From Octopus vulgaris (Eukaryota): DNA of 64,000 nt. The position numbers and the translations under genes are program-made. The notes under the pieces were generated by a model. That model was not told where the DNA came from and made no database searches. It saw nothing but the letters and a program-made list of their open reading frames with translations. Shown here piece after piece: positions 42,090 to 55,797 of the stretch. The stretch's first letter is position 1; each line of letters begins with the position of its first letter. The stretch is from assembly GCA_951406725.2 (NCBI GenBank), contig OX597818.1, positions 26,722,001 through 26,786,000 on the forward strand. The letters run 5' to 3'.

Positions 42090-42212
42090 TTCCTATACAA
42101 GAGTGTTGTTAACAGTAATTTTGAAGTTTCAGCCAGCTAAGCCATTGTAGGACTGCAGTCCAATGCTGGCTGAAACTTTAACATCACTATCAACAATATT
42201 CTTGTATAAGAA
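42090..42212. repeat. Imperfect hairpin, about 48-bp arms, with a GAAAC remnant
   Basis: ttcctatacaagagtgttg...aagtttcagccagc / gctggctgaaacttt...caatattcttgtataagaa. Confidence 0.7.
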
Positions 42213-42303
42213 CACTAAATTTGTGCTCCATAAAAGTATAGAGTAACACATCACATAAATGTCAAATTTTGCTTATTATTGCTAAATATAAGAACAAATA
42301 TTA

Positions 42304-42346
<43 letters not shown>

Positions 42347-42444
42347 AATATATAAAATTAAATAAGAGTAGAAATTGATATTAATCTATTAAAACCAGTG
42401 GACTAGCATATCTAAAAAAATCCAAAGATTAAAAATTTTTTGAC

Positions 42445-42507
42445 ATACAAAATTTAGAGGATTGACCAGCTGTCCACTTTTAGTGGTCAATCCTCTAAAT
42501 TTTGTAT
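42445..42507. repeat. Perfect 24-bp hairpin ending in (TA)n
   Basis: atacaaaatttagaggattgacca / tggtcaatcctctaaattttgtat. Confidence 0.9.
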
Positions 42508-42525
42508 ATATATATATATATAAGA

Positions 42526-42958
42526 CTAACAGCATAGCCCGGCGTTTGCCCGGGTATGTAAGAGCCCCTAGTAGGCAACGACTAATCCCAATCTAGTCCT
42601 TTCCCTCTAGGGAACGAAAGCGCATGTATAGGTTGCAATGTCTTCTCTTCACTCGAATACTTCTGTGTATACGATGTTCCTAGCTGTCCCTTTGGGCAAT
42701 AAAATGGTCAAGTTGTGTCCCCTAGACAGAAAATGTGTTGCATATAAAAAGCTTACATTCTCGAGCCAATGTCGAATTTATCGATTTTTTTCAGAACTGG
42801 GGGAACTTTTCAAAATTTTCACTGCGTTAGTTTTGAATTATGACATTGGGCTGTGTGTGTGTCAAGTTTCATCAGAATCGGTTGAAAGCCGTAGTCAGGG
42901 TGAGGGTACAACCTGACAGACACACAGACAGACAAACTGCCGTCTATATATAGAGAGA
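42526..42958 (-). mobile_element. Non-autonomous Helitron, about 430 bp
   Basis: Minus strand A|TCTCTCTATATA start, (CTGT)n, GC hairpin cccggcgtttgcccggg near a TTAG|T end; CpG-rich, so probably young. Confidence 0.72.
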
Positions 42959-43189
42959 TATGAGAAGTTTAGGTCAAGATGGCTCAAACTTATAGTTATG
43001 CATTCTGAGTGCTTAAATAGGTGTGCCACCAAAATTCCAGTTAGAACAGTGGTTGAAGTTGTGGTTGTGTGAATAGTGAATAGCTGTTTTTACTGACTAT
43101 ATATATATATATATATACCCAAGAAAAATAAGAAAATGGAGATAAATCAATTAATAAGTATATTTATTAACTGCAAAAATAAACATAAT

Positions 43190-43273
43190 CTCTTACAGCT
43201 GAGTCGTTTCATACTTTAAAGATTATAATTATGATAATTAAATCATTTTATAAAGCAGAATCTTGTCAGAGGT
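43190..43273 (-). ncRNA. Decayed hammerhead motif
   Basis: ct-CTGACAA-g...GAAAC-gactcagct-GTA-agag. Confidence 0.4.
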
Positions 43274-43670
43274 ATATGTTGAATGTATGTCAGATAACTG
43301 TGCTGTTAAGAAGTTCACTTCCCAATCAAGTCATTTCAGGTTCAGTCCCTCAGTGATATACCTTGGGTTGGGGACTTTTACTATATTCATAGATTAACCA
43401 AAATTTTGTGAGTGGATTTGGTAAGTAGAAACTCAAAGAAACTTGTTGCATATGTGTTTGTGTATGCACACATGTGTGTTTATGTACCTGTACACTTTTG
43501 CACATTTGCTTACATTTGTGCTTTCCCGATATTTGCCTAGCTACAAGCAGTGATGTTCTTTCAGTGGTAGGAAAAGCAACCGTCTGTAAAACAATGCCCC
43601 AATGATATTGTTTAACTCATGCTAGCAAGGAAAACCAAACATTAACACAAAATTACCCCACCCACCTCCT

Positions 43671-43706
<36 letters not shown>

Positions 43707-44231
43707 CATTCATACATATATGTAATATATATATATATATATAGGAGAATTTGTTTTGTGGTTTGAAAATGCACCTGAATTTGAAAAGGGTGTAGTTGTT
43801 TTTAAATAGATTTATTCTCATACATACCATACTAGTTTCAACAATTTTTTTGTTTATCAATGGTACAAATATATACAAAAACAAGGAGATTTTAACAGTT
43901 TAAAATTACAAAGTAGAAATCAGACAAACATATTTAAATGATCAAATGTTCACATAAAATTCACTGAGTTTCACATGGATAGATAATATCAAAGTAAATG
44001 ATTTTGCAAAAATTATAACAAATTATTGAAAGTTCAGTCATATTAACTTTTTATAGAATATATGGACAAGAAAGAGAAGAAAAAGGGAAGAGAGTAAAAA
44101 AAGTTTTTTTTTAAATTTCTGTTGTCATGCATGTAGTTCTTTTTTCTTCATGTACTAGTCTGTTCAATACTTCTGTATTTGCATTGTAAATGGAAAGAAA
44201 ACGTTCATGCTGCTAATATTAAAATGCTTAA

Positions 44232-44448
44232 GGCAGCAAGCTGGCAGAAACGTTAGCGCACCGGGCGAAATGCTTAGCGGTATTTTGTCTGCCGCTACGT
44301 TCTGAGTTCAAATTCCACCGAGGTAGACTTTGCCTTTCATCCTTTCGGGGTCGATAAAGTTCCAGTTTCGCACTGGGGTCAATGTAATCGACTTAACCCC
44401 TTTGTCTGTCCCCTCTATGTTTAGCCCCTTGTGGGTAGTAAAGAAATA
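44232..44448 (+). mobile_element. Nin/Deu-domain-like SINE with 17-bp TSD
   Basis: gctggcagaaacgttagc...gagttcaaattcc-accgaggtagactttgcctttcatcctttcggggtcgataaa; TSD aatattaaaatgcttaa 44215-44231 / 44449-44465. Confidence 0.88.
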
Positions 44449-44878
44449 AATATTAAAATGCTTAATTTGATGGAAGAAAGATGGGAGGCTACCATAGAGT
44501 AATTGGCACCATATCTGACATGCCAAATATTGTGATGGTGCCACTATGATTCCATCAAGAGTTAAGGACACACATCATACACGTGTGTGCATGTGTGTGT
44601 ACATGTGCACATGTGTATGTGTGTGTATGTGAGTATCTATGTATATGTACATATATATATATATTGTGTGTGTGTAGAGAGAGAGAGAGAGAGAAAGACG
44701 GAGACAGACAGGAAAGCAGACAGTGAGAGAGAGATATATATTCCAGGTGGTGGGTGACAAGTTCAAAGAAGGTATGTCCTCCTCAAAGGTAAGTCTGAGG
44801 TGGATAAACATTTAATTCATAATCATTAGTCTGACAAAATGTTTTGTCAGTCTAATGATAATGGATTAAACAATATTT

Positions 44879-44937
<59 letters not shown>

Positions 44938-45180
44938 AACACATACATATACACATGTACATATATGATAGTTTGGTTTTTCCTGTCAATTTCAATATAT
45001 GAGTTGTCAGTTGTACAATCAACATGCTGACCTACTCATTGAATAAATGTGCAAATTGATTGAAGGCTACAGACACATGTCTATGTAATTCTCATGTAGA
45101 ATCAGCAAGATACATCATGACAAAAGGAAACCAAATTTGCCAAAGAAATATAAACTATATTTTAATATAAATCTAGCAAT

Positions 45181-45620
45181 AAGGTGGTAAGATGGCAGAA
45201 TTGTTACCTCACTGGAAAAAAATGGTTAGTAGCATTTCTTCCAGCTTTACATTCTGAGTTCAAATGCCACTGGGGTCAACTTTGCCTTTCATCCTGTCAG
45301 GGTAGATAAAATAAGTACCAACTGAGCAATGAAGTCAATTAATTAACTTGGATCTTCCCCCAAAATTGCTGGCCTTATGCCAAAATTTGAAACCGATATA
45401 AATTTATAGAAAAGGCAGCAAGCTGGTAGAATTGTTACCATGCTGGAAAGAACAGAACAATTAACAGCATTTCTTCTGACTTTGTTCTGAATACAAATGT
45501 CCCTGGGGTCGACTTTGCCTTTCATCCTTTCAGGGTTGATAAAATAAGTACCAGTCAAGCACTGGGGTTACCCTCTCCTCCACAATTGCTGGCCTTGTGT
45601 CAAAATTTGAAACCAATATA
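45181..45620 (+). mobile_element. Two tandem Nin-like SINEs
   Basis: Copies at about 45181-45400 and 45412-45620. Confidence 0.82.
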
Positions 45621-46846
45621 AATCTATGAATTAAAATGTTTTTTTACATTTCCCACACCAGCGAAAACCAATTTTCTTGTTTTCTTCAAAAGTGAAATAT
45701 TCCGTGTAAAATGTAAAAACTGATTGTTAGTGGAGAATTAATTGAAAACTTCAAATAGCTATTTTATGCTATTTGATTACATGCAATCTCTCATGATTAT
45801 ATTAAACATCTGCAAGTATTCCTTAATGCATTAAAAAAAATTAAGCTACTCTTAACCATATTAAATACATGGCCAACGTGACATTAAAAACATGTATAAT
45901 AAACAAGTGTCATGTCTTCTAACTGCAATAAACACTTGAAGCTACAAATTTATTAACACATTCTTTAATTTCTTGTTTTGTTTATTTAAAATTTTGAACA
46001 CCTGAAATAGAAAAGATGATTTATGATTTGCCCTTGATTTTTTTTTCTTAGTTTTGTTTCTGTTTTCTCTCTTCCTTACATTTCTTGTCTTTGTAATTAT
46101 TTCCATCAAAATATCGTAAAACCCTGTTCAACTTTTTTGCTTAACAAAACAATAAACAATCAAATTCTACTTTCGAATATAAATAAACTGACTGTCCTCG
46201 TATAATCACAATTATCAGCAGCAGTAGCTGTGTTATTTTGGGCTGCACTAGCCATGTAAATATGGTACACAACAACCATAACTTTTACAGCAGGCATGTT
46301 TTTATCTTACTGCATAGACTGCATTACATCCTTAAACAAGGCCCTTCACATGACTTGTCAAACAGCTTCATGCCTACAGAAAACATTATTCATTATTATA
46401 ATTATTATTAAGATGGTGAGCTGGCAAAATCGCTAGCATACTGGATGAAATGCTTAGCAGTATTTTGTCTTACGCTACATTCTAAGTTCAAATTCCGCCA
46501 AGGTTAACTTTGCCATTCATCCTTCCAGGATCAATAAATTAAGTACCAGTAAAACACTGGGATCAATGTAATTGACTAGTCCCTTCCCCCACATTTCAGG
46601 CCCTGCACCTGTAGTAGAAAGGATTATTATTATCATTATTAAGGTGGCAAGTTGGCAAAATCATTAGCACATTGAGCAAAATGCTTAGCATCATTTTCCC
46701 TGTCTTTATGTTCTGAGTTCAAATTCCACTGAGGTCAACTTTGCCTTTCGGGGTCAATAAAATAAGTACTAATTACACACTGGGGTCAATATAATTGACT
46801 AGCCCCTCCCCAAAAATTTCAGGTCCTTGTACCCTTAGTGGAAAGG

Positions 46847-46896
<50 letters not shown>

Positions 46897-47306
46897 AAGG
46901 TGGTGAGCTGGCAGAATTGTTAGCATACTGGATGAAATGCTTAACGATATTTCGTCCATCGTTGCATTCTGAGTTCAAATTCCACAAAGATCAACTTTGG
47001 CTATCATCCTTTCAGGGTCCATAAATTAAGTAGCAGTGAAACACTGGGGTCGATATAATGAACTAGGTGCCTCCCCCAAATTTCAGGCCTTGTGATGATG
47101 ATGATGATTATTATTATTAAGGTGGCAAACTGGCAGAATTATTAGCATGCCATGTCTTTACAACCTGAGTTCAAATACTGCTTAGATCAACTTCACCTTT
47201 CATCCTCTCAAGGTTGGTAAAATAAGTACAATTGTAACACTGGGGTCAATGATGTTGACATACCCCTTCCCTTGAAATTACTGACCTTGAGTCAAGGTTA
47301 GACACC

Positions 47307-47351
<45 letters not shown>

Positions 47352-47362
47352 CATATGACAGA

Positions 47363-47649
47363 TTAGACTGTTGGAAAAGAAAGATTCCTAACATCAGGCT
47401 ACAACAAGTAACCTTAGATGCCAAGAGCACTCCTAAGTATCCTAGCCATTCTTAATAACACTGTTTTCTGTAGCTGTACTAAACTGGGTTTTATGCCTAT
47501 TTCCTCTAGCCATCAGACATAAAACCCAATTTAGTAAAGCTCCAGAAAAAACAATGTTATTAGGGACAGCTAGAATACTTAGGTGGGTTCTTGGCATCTA
47601 AGGCTACTTGTTGTTGCTCGATGTTAGGAATTTTTCTTTTCCAACAGTC

Positions 47650-47650
<1 letters not shown>
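47363..47650. mobile_element. Fold-back (about 133-bp arms) of an R4/Dong-like 3' end
   Basis: Right arm encodes IKPNLVKLQK...LLGTARILRWVLGI*; left arm is its reverse complement; flanked by (TTA)n. Confidence 0.8.
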
Positions 47651-47688
<38 letters not shown>

Positions 47689-47899
47689 GACAGTGACTTA
47701 GAATCATAAAGACATTGGGAAAAATGCTTAGTGACATTTCTTCCAGTTCTTCATGTAATGAGCTCAAATTCAACTTTGCCTTTCATCCTTCCAGGATCAA
47801 TAAGATAAAGTACCAATCAAGTACTGAGTTTGCTGTAATCAACTTGCCTTCTCCTACCAAAATGTCAGGCCTTGTGCCTAAAACAGAAAGTCTTATCAT

Positions 47900-48050
47900 T
47901 ATTATTATTATGTGATGAAAATTCACAGCTTATTTTGCTGGGTAGGATGGAAAGTGTCATCAGCTGTCCACAGCTAGCAGACTAAGGTGACTCTTGTTTA
48001 CTGGATATGCTCGAAGAACCCTGCGAAGAATTCTTGCAGTTCCAAAAAAT
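47900..48050 (-). mobile_element. R4/Dong 3' end, same family as 39788-40305
   Basis: Minus strand LGTARILRRVL; shared 3' UTR cagctgtccacagc-agcagac. Confidence 0.75.
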
Positions 48051-51000
48051 CATCATCAACGTTATTGTTGTTGTTGTTATTAATGCAGTTGTGGTGGTTG
48101 TGGTGGATTGGTGGAATCATAAGAGCATCAGATAAAATATTTGTTGTATGTATTCCAGCTCTTTACATAGAGATCAAATCCCACTGAGGTCAAATTTGCC
48201 TTTTGTTCTTCTGGCATTAATAAAACAGAGAACCAGCCAAGTACTGAGATCAGTTTAATCAACTAACTCACTCCCCACTCCACAAATTTCAGGCCCTGTG
48301 CCTTAGACACAATTATTGTTACCATCATTACCATTATAATAATCACTTCATCACATCAAAAATTTTCTCATTTTTTTTTGTTTTTGTCCATCCATCATTT
48401 TGTGTATAAAAGAAAAGAAAAAAGAAAGAAACTAGAATTGCTAGAATCATTTTCTGGTGAGAAGCTGTATTAATACATGTTTTTTCATCTGAGAAACACT
48501 TTCTCCATGTATCATTACTAGAATACAGTAATGATCATTCATGAAAAATTGCTCAATTTTGAATGTAATAATTTTAGTGGCTTTAGGTAAAGTAATGCTA
48601 TGTAAGTTTAGTTTTAATTTCATTGTCAACTATTGCTACTTACATCTATTAACAAGATTGGTACACATTTTGAAAACAAAATATTCTGCTGTAAAAAAGA
48701 ATCGTCCACATTTTCCTTTTACTCAACAGATTTTTTGGTTTCTTTCCAACATTTTTTTCACTATTGTTGATTCCTAATGGAACAAAATTTTTAAAATACT
48801 ATTTTTTTTTTCCATGGGTATATTAACTACCAATTGTAAATATGCAATGGCAAGATTTTTTTTTTTTTTACTTGCCTCAGAAATTGCTTTCATATGGAAC
48901 TCTCTGCTCAGTTCTACTAAAAATTTAATGTAAGTGATCAAATATTGAATGACAATTCATCAATAAATGTGTATATTTCATGTCTGTTAGCCTAAGAAAG
49001 AGGATATGTGACCTTGTTAGATTCTTCTGAACTGAAATTTAAAATTTTCCACCTCTCTAAAATCACAATCTGACATCAATTATACAAGTTTCAAAAGTTG
49101 CTTCAGTTTAAAGGGTGCATTCTTTATGTATATAATGGTGAAACTTCACTGCTTAAAAATTATGCATTTTATAAAGCAAGAAAGCAAAAATTAATGTAAA
49201 GTATTTAGAATTGAATTACGATGTTCCTAAACAAATTTTTCTCTCACAATTCTTCAAACATATTTAAAATCTGAAAAATTTCTGAATAACTTTTAGTTAG
49301 TAAACATTTCAAATATTTTTAGGACATGTTTGACCTGTACAAAGGTTGTATTCACTGCTATTTGTCTTTGAGAACATTTCTTGCTTTAAGCATTGGGTGT
49401 TGCAAAACACCAACAGTCATTTCAAGGCACTCTCTAGTAGAATTGGTGAAAGCATTTTTAGTACCATGTACTGCAAAAGAGAAACGACCCTGAAATGGCT
49501 TTGGAAACATTTGTTTCCTTATAGTAAACCAGCATCAATATTTTAAAGTAATATTTTGATTCTATGAATGGGAGTTCTGGTAGCATTATTATTGCAATAA
49601 CAAATTATTTTCTTTTACATTACAATATGTTTCCAGTCAATCAATTATTTTTATCTCATATATCAAGGATATGTAATGATATGTATTACTTTTATTAAAA
49701 TTTTATTAGGCTTTGCATTATCTCTTCAAATATAAAGAGTTACTTGAGAATATTGTCATTATTTTTTAGTGATTTCATTAAACTCTACTCCTATGTTTAA
49801 GGATAACAAAATACATTTGATAACAAATTTTGAAACCTTCTCAAAGGAGATAGAATAGTTGAATAACAGAAACACTAAAGCACTAAGCTAAATGCCCTTC
49901 AGCATTTAGTCTTGTCTTTTGTACTCAGAGATAAAATTGTACCAGAGTTGACTTCAACTCTTATCCTTCTACATTCAGTAAAATGAATACCAAACTTGTT
50001 TTAAAATTGATACAATAAACTAAAAACGACTCTCAAAATTGCTGACCATATGACAATGCAACAAATGTCACAAATTAAGGTAAAAAAACATCCAAAGATT
50101 TTAATTCTAAAAATATCTATTTTCTGAAATTTTTCATCTACTTAATTATATTCAAAACAAATTTTTATCTATAGCTACTTGATCACTAAAAACAAAAAAT
50201 GAAACTTAATTTTTTAAAATTTATTCACATTCACAACTATTATCTATTTCTTTAACTTTGATGTACCTGACCTTAAAAGGATTTATTTTCTCTTATTTAA
50301 TGCTGAGATAAAATAATTCTACATAACTTTCATTTAGGGAAATATAAACTTAGGTTTATTGACATTTTCTTCTTGTTTTTCAAATTGTCTTGCATTACAT
50401 TAGGCCAGCTATTTGTTAAATGCAATATGTTCATATGCCAAATTAAGAAACAATTCTAGTCATTCACTAAAACCAATATTAATAATCAGAAATGAAATAA
50501 AATAAGAAATATGGTTTATGTTTAATAATTATAAAATAACAAGATGATCCTTGACTGTTACTGAAGTACTGATTATTAAGTTACCATTTATTATATAATG
50601 TTTACATTAGCATCTTGATTTGTTCCCTGTTAAAATCAGCATTTAGTGAAATTAATTTCTTCCCTCTTTTTACATATATATGGCTCAAAATATGGAATGG
50701 CTATAACTGAAACATACAGCTAAGTATGTATATGTACTCCATCACTGGGTACAAATATATACTTAGTTCTTAGCTGTTATTTGTTGAATGGTGCTAGGTC
50801 AGCCCCAATCAAGAAACTCTATTTTTTTTTTATTTTATATCACAGTTTGTGAACACTGGCATTGTTGATTACAGTTTTCCAATGGTTTGGTTCACTGCAT
50901 CTTTAATAACAAGAGAATCAAGGGAAAGTCTGTAACTTGGTGGATTTTGTTGGAAGAGTACCACCTTTTTTGACAATCTTTTAGCAATATACAGAGAAAG

Positions 51001-52419
51001 ATATAAATATACATAAAAATAGAACAAGTTTCCACACAGTTTCCATCCACTAAATTCCTTTCTCAAAGTATTGACCACTCTAAAGCTTTTATGGAAGACC
51101 ATGTCAAGAGAATCAAATCCAGGATTATGTTGTGAAGCAAACATTTTAACCACATACCACATACTGAAATGAAAGGCATTCCAACTGTAGCCATCTCAAA
51201 TTATTCCCTTGGCTCATTACACCTAGTACTATATTATTCCTTTCTATGATGGAGGAAGTGATTTAAGGAAGGTTTATTTATTTAATCTTTATAGAATGTA
51301 TGTAATTCTTACTACAGTAACAACAACTTCCTGTATTTCAAGTAAAGCAAGGTCAATATTTTAAAACCCATTGTAACATTCAAAACTTAAATTTAAAAGT
51401 AAGTTTAATGTGCTAAAGGTTTATTTTTTCTTACAAAAATATGAAATGTTAATGAATTACCAAGAACATTTTTATAATATTTATCAAGTAATCATCATCA
51501 TCACAGAGCCTAATAATCTATATTTCATTATTGAGTAATATTGATTATTACCCAATAAGCACCATAGAGTGAAAGGTAAATCCTTGTGAAGCTGAGCCCA
51601 TCTAGTTTCCATTTCTTGTTGAAACCATTTCACTTATGTTATGAAATATTTAGAAACAGCATGAATATCACACCACCATTTCCTCCTTTCCACTATAATT
51701 TCAAGGTATGATGCCTATTCAAAGAAACCCCACTTCATTGGAACATAATATTTGAATAATAAAAAATGAAAAATATGAGCAAGTAAATATGCAGGTGTGT
51801 GATAATCCTTCTTTATTATAACAGTTTTTTTTTTATATTTCAGGATGTTGTGTGGAAAAAATAATTTCCATTCATAAACATTCACCATTTTTTTATACTA
51901 CTGTGTGTGTATAAGTATATGAAAAATGGAGAAAGAGATTGAGAGACATTCATCAACTTGGTCTAAATTAATTTACTAAATGTACAACATACCTTTTATA
52001 ATAATTGGTTTCTCTATTACTAAGAAATTTAATTGCGTTATCTATAGTTGATTTCTAAATATATGTTTATGGAGTGTTTTTAATTGAACATCAAGCCATA
52101 CAGTTTGTGGTAGAGTGTATTTTGTGAGGGAGTGTATTTTACAAACATTTAATATTTCAAAATAACATCCAAACTGTTTGTACCTACTTCCAACATTGAA
52201 TGGCATTTGTACAAAGAAAATGTATTTGAACTGAATTTACCAATTCCCAGAAATTTAAAACTTCAAAATTTAAACACAAATTTTTTGAATTTTAAAATAA
52301 GACAGTTTTGGCTTTTTTTTTTACTTACTAATCATTAAAGATTATCATAAAAGCACAAATTTGACCTTGTTGATATAATTTAAAAGTAACTTAAATTTCA
52401 CTTGGAAGTTTGTTTTATA

Positions 52420-52645
52420 AGTTTTTGATACCAATCTGTTAGAGACTGTCCTTGGTTCTGGATACAAACCTTTTGATTTAAAGTGATCTAAATTAATATC
52501 TTCATTCAGAATTTCATATTAATTTATGTTTCAAACATCTACTTAATAATAACAAAGTTATTTTACTAAATTTTTTAATATTCTCAAAAAGCTTTGAAAT
52601 AAAAGCAGTCTAGTTTCAACAGAAGTATGGTAACAAAAGTGTTAA
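52420..52645. mobile_element. Decayed TTAA-type MITE, second family
   Basis: ttttgatacca ... tggtaacaaaagtgttaa. Confidence 0.4.
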
Positions 52646-52763
52646 AATAAAACTAAAATGTTAAAAATATTCTGTGAGTTGATCATTACCTGAGATTAGC
52701 TTAAATATCTGCTGTCTCAGATCTAGTAAAAATCTTTGATATTAGAGTTACACAATGCTTCAT

Positions 52764-52829
<66 letters not shown>

Positions 52830-53659
52830 CTCTGTCTCTCTTAAACACACAATGGTTTTATCCAACCACAAAAAAAATTTTTTAACAAAAAAATTTGTAT
52901 ATATTCAATAACTTTGTGATGAACATGTATAATGTGTTCATAATTGTATTTAACATTTTTGATGGGTGCATTGCTTTGAATAGGAGTTTGATTGCAGCTA
53001 CCTTGTAAATATGAATATAGTTACCTTTTATGAATATAGTTATTATTAAGCCATTGGAATGTCTATAACTTTTATTGACAAAAAAATTTGTTATTTTTAT
53101 CTTAATGCTAAGATATTTTAATGGCTATTCTTGCATTCAAATACTCCACCAAGCATTCCATAAGCGACTTTTTAGCTGCAATTATTTTGGTATCAAGAAT
53201 ATAAATAATTGTTGAAAACAATTAGATGTGATATTGGTTCATCAGATAATTTATACAGAGAAAAAGAAATTTTCCAATCTGAGAACATTGTAATTATTTC
53301 TTAGAGATTTCAACAAAGGCCATATATCTGTACTAATGAAAAAATAAAATAAAAATAAAAATAAAATGTCTGAGAATACTATTTGGAACTCTGTATGCAT
53401 GCTTAATTAAAAGTATATTTATATTATCTTTCAATTAATTCAATAAAGAATTTAGATACAAATGACTGCAACTATTAAAAGGTGATCTGTGTACTAAGCA
53501 ATCAAATGTCCACCATGTATTCATTTATTTCATTTATGTTTTTATGTTGTTATTTGTTTTGTTTTTGTTGTATTTTGAGGGGTGGCAGTAGCTAATACAT
53601 TTCTATTATTGCTATTTTATGGTGGTTCACCACCACAACCATTATAATAGTTACTAACC

Positions 53660-54100
53660 ATAGGTGCAGGCATGGTTATGTTATTGGTGCAGGCATGGCT
53701 GTATGATAAGAAACTTGCTTTCCAACCACATGGTTCCAGGTTCAGTCCCACTGCATGGTACCTTAAGCAAGTGTCTTCTACTATAACTTAAGGCCAACCA
53801 AAGACTTGTGAGTGAATTTGGTAGATGGAAACTGAAAGAAGCCTGTCATTTGTGTGTGTGTGTGTGTGTGTGTATGTGTTTCTGTACTTGTTGCCCACCA
53901 CTGCTTGACAACCAGTGTTGGTGTGTTTATGTCCCCATAATAGTTCAGCAAAAGAGACTGCTAGCATGAGTATCAGGCTCATAAAAAAAAAGAGGAAAAA
54001 CGTAAGTACTGAGATCAATTTATTCAACTAAATATCCTTCAAAGCAGTGTCTCAGCATGGCCACAGTCTAATGACTGAAATAAGTAAAAAGTAAAAGATA
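53660..54100 (+). mobile_element. Full-length CORE-like SINE
   Basis: Collinear with 16564-16992, including the tail cagcatggccacagtc...gactgaaa. Confidence 0.85.
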
Positions 54101-54246
54101 ACCAGTTTACCTAAAACTCATAGAATAGTTAGATGGATTTTGTAAAATGTGTTATACATTTAAATACAAGCTCAAGTATGGCTGTGGAATTAAGAAGTTT
54201 ACATTGTAGTTTTCTGGTTCCAGGTTTGTAACATCTTGTTCTAGAT

Positions 54247-54591
54247 CAGTTGTTCTCAACTGGGGTTCATATGGTCCCCTGAGAGTCCAGATAAGATTTT
54301 GAGGGTTCATGCAATAAAATAGTAAATTGTAGATCTACAAAAGTATTTTAAGGACCCCTGGAAAAAATTTGATTTGTATGTATGTATTGGTATGTATTGC
54401 AAGAAACAGTTCAGTTTCTTTCTCTAACTTTTTACACCTACACAAATTAATGTATGTAAAATAAAATAGGATTTTTGAAAGAAGTTTCTCTAAAACTAGT
54501 TTCTAAACATTGAATAGCTATTGACGTCCACCAGAATAAAATAGTAATTAAAAGGGTCCATAGATAAAAAATGGTGGACAACCAACCCCTG
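54247..54591. mobile_element. hAT/Charlie-like MITE
   Basis: cagttgttctcaactgggg start; decayed right TIR ending aacccctg. Confidence 0.5.
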
Positions 54592-55742
54592 GTCTTGAGT
54601 TTTCTGCTATAGACACTTAGGTTGACTTTATGTTGACCTTATGAGTAGAAGGTGCTCCTCCATGGTCACGGTTTGTTAAGTTCTGATGACTGACTCCTGT
54701 TGCCAGTAGAACTGAATGATTAGTCAGATTAGCCTTTAACATCTATGTCAAGGTGAATCACCCTTTATTAAAATCAATGTAATAGACTATGAAGCACATG
54801 TAGAGTTTGTGAACCTGGTTATAACTTTGAAACAAAATATAATTTCTCTTGTGCTACTGCCTACTTGACATTCAGATTTTACTTTGCCAACTTTACAGTC
54901 AATTTTCATATTCAAATATTCCATTATAACTTCAAAAAGGAGCATTGTGACATGTAGCATAAAACTGAACATCTGAAGTCTAATCATTCTTATGCTTTGG
55001 GGTTTAGTATTCCGGTTATAATTCTTTTCTTAGTGACTGATTTCAAGGTTTTTATTGTATACAATGACTTTTCATCTTCAACTTTCATAACAGCAAATCA
55101 ATGTGTTTTTAGATCACATTATATAAAACATCATTATATCTTTTAGTAAACAGCAACATTCTATGTTTTCGCTCGGTTTTGATTTTTGTGTAACTGAGAA
55201 TACTAACATTTTAATGCATTTCGTTGCAACAATGAATTGGCCAGTTCAGTTATAAGATATGTTTTCCATTTCTCTTTTGCTTTCCACCAAATCTTCTGCA
55301 TTTCTTCAGTCAGAATTTTGTATTCCTCTGTGTGTGTGTGCGCGCGCACATGTAAAAGGGGGTGTCATCTTGTGTTATATTTCCTCAGTACTTCAATGTT
55401 GTTTTTCTCTATTCTATCTTGAATGAAGCTCTATTCTTTATTGAGCTTTTCTGTTCAAACTCTATAAAAGCAAATTTCTGTCTGCTATTGAGGAAAATTT
55501 ATATTCTATCTTTATATTATTTAAATATTTTCTCATTTAACTCCCAAGGATCTGTTCTGTAGTCTTCTTCACTATCTTAATATTTGTTAGTTTAAATAAT
55601 AACTTCTGCAACAAAATAATTCATGTTTGAGATGGTGTCTGTTCCAGTGTATATATTTTCATAACCATGCTGTATCGGTACACTAAATTCTGGCTGTCAT
55701 CTATTATGTGAATCTCTTTTAATAATATTTTGTTTATATTTT

Positions 55743-55797
55743 GAGTGTTGATGGTCCCTGATGAGTATCACTAAATATAAAACTAGTCAAAACACTC
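55743..55797 (+). ncRNA. Decayed hammerhead motif
   Basis: gagtgtt...CTGATGA-gtat-cactaa-atat-AAAAC-TA-GTC...aacactc. Confidence 0.45.

Larger units (their letters stand above)
46409..48310 (+). mobile_element. Head-to-tail array of about 6 Nin-like SINEs joined by (TTA)n, with Dong/R4 fragments
   Basis: Copies start at about 46409, 46640, 46896, 47119, 47688 and 48100. Confidence 0.85.

Noticed and set aside
46409-48310. CRISPR-like array
   Set aside because: Units are about 200-bp diverged SINEs joined by microsatellite; eukaryotic context, no cas genes.
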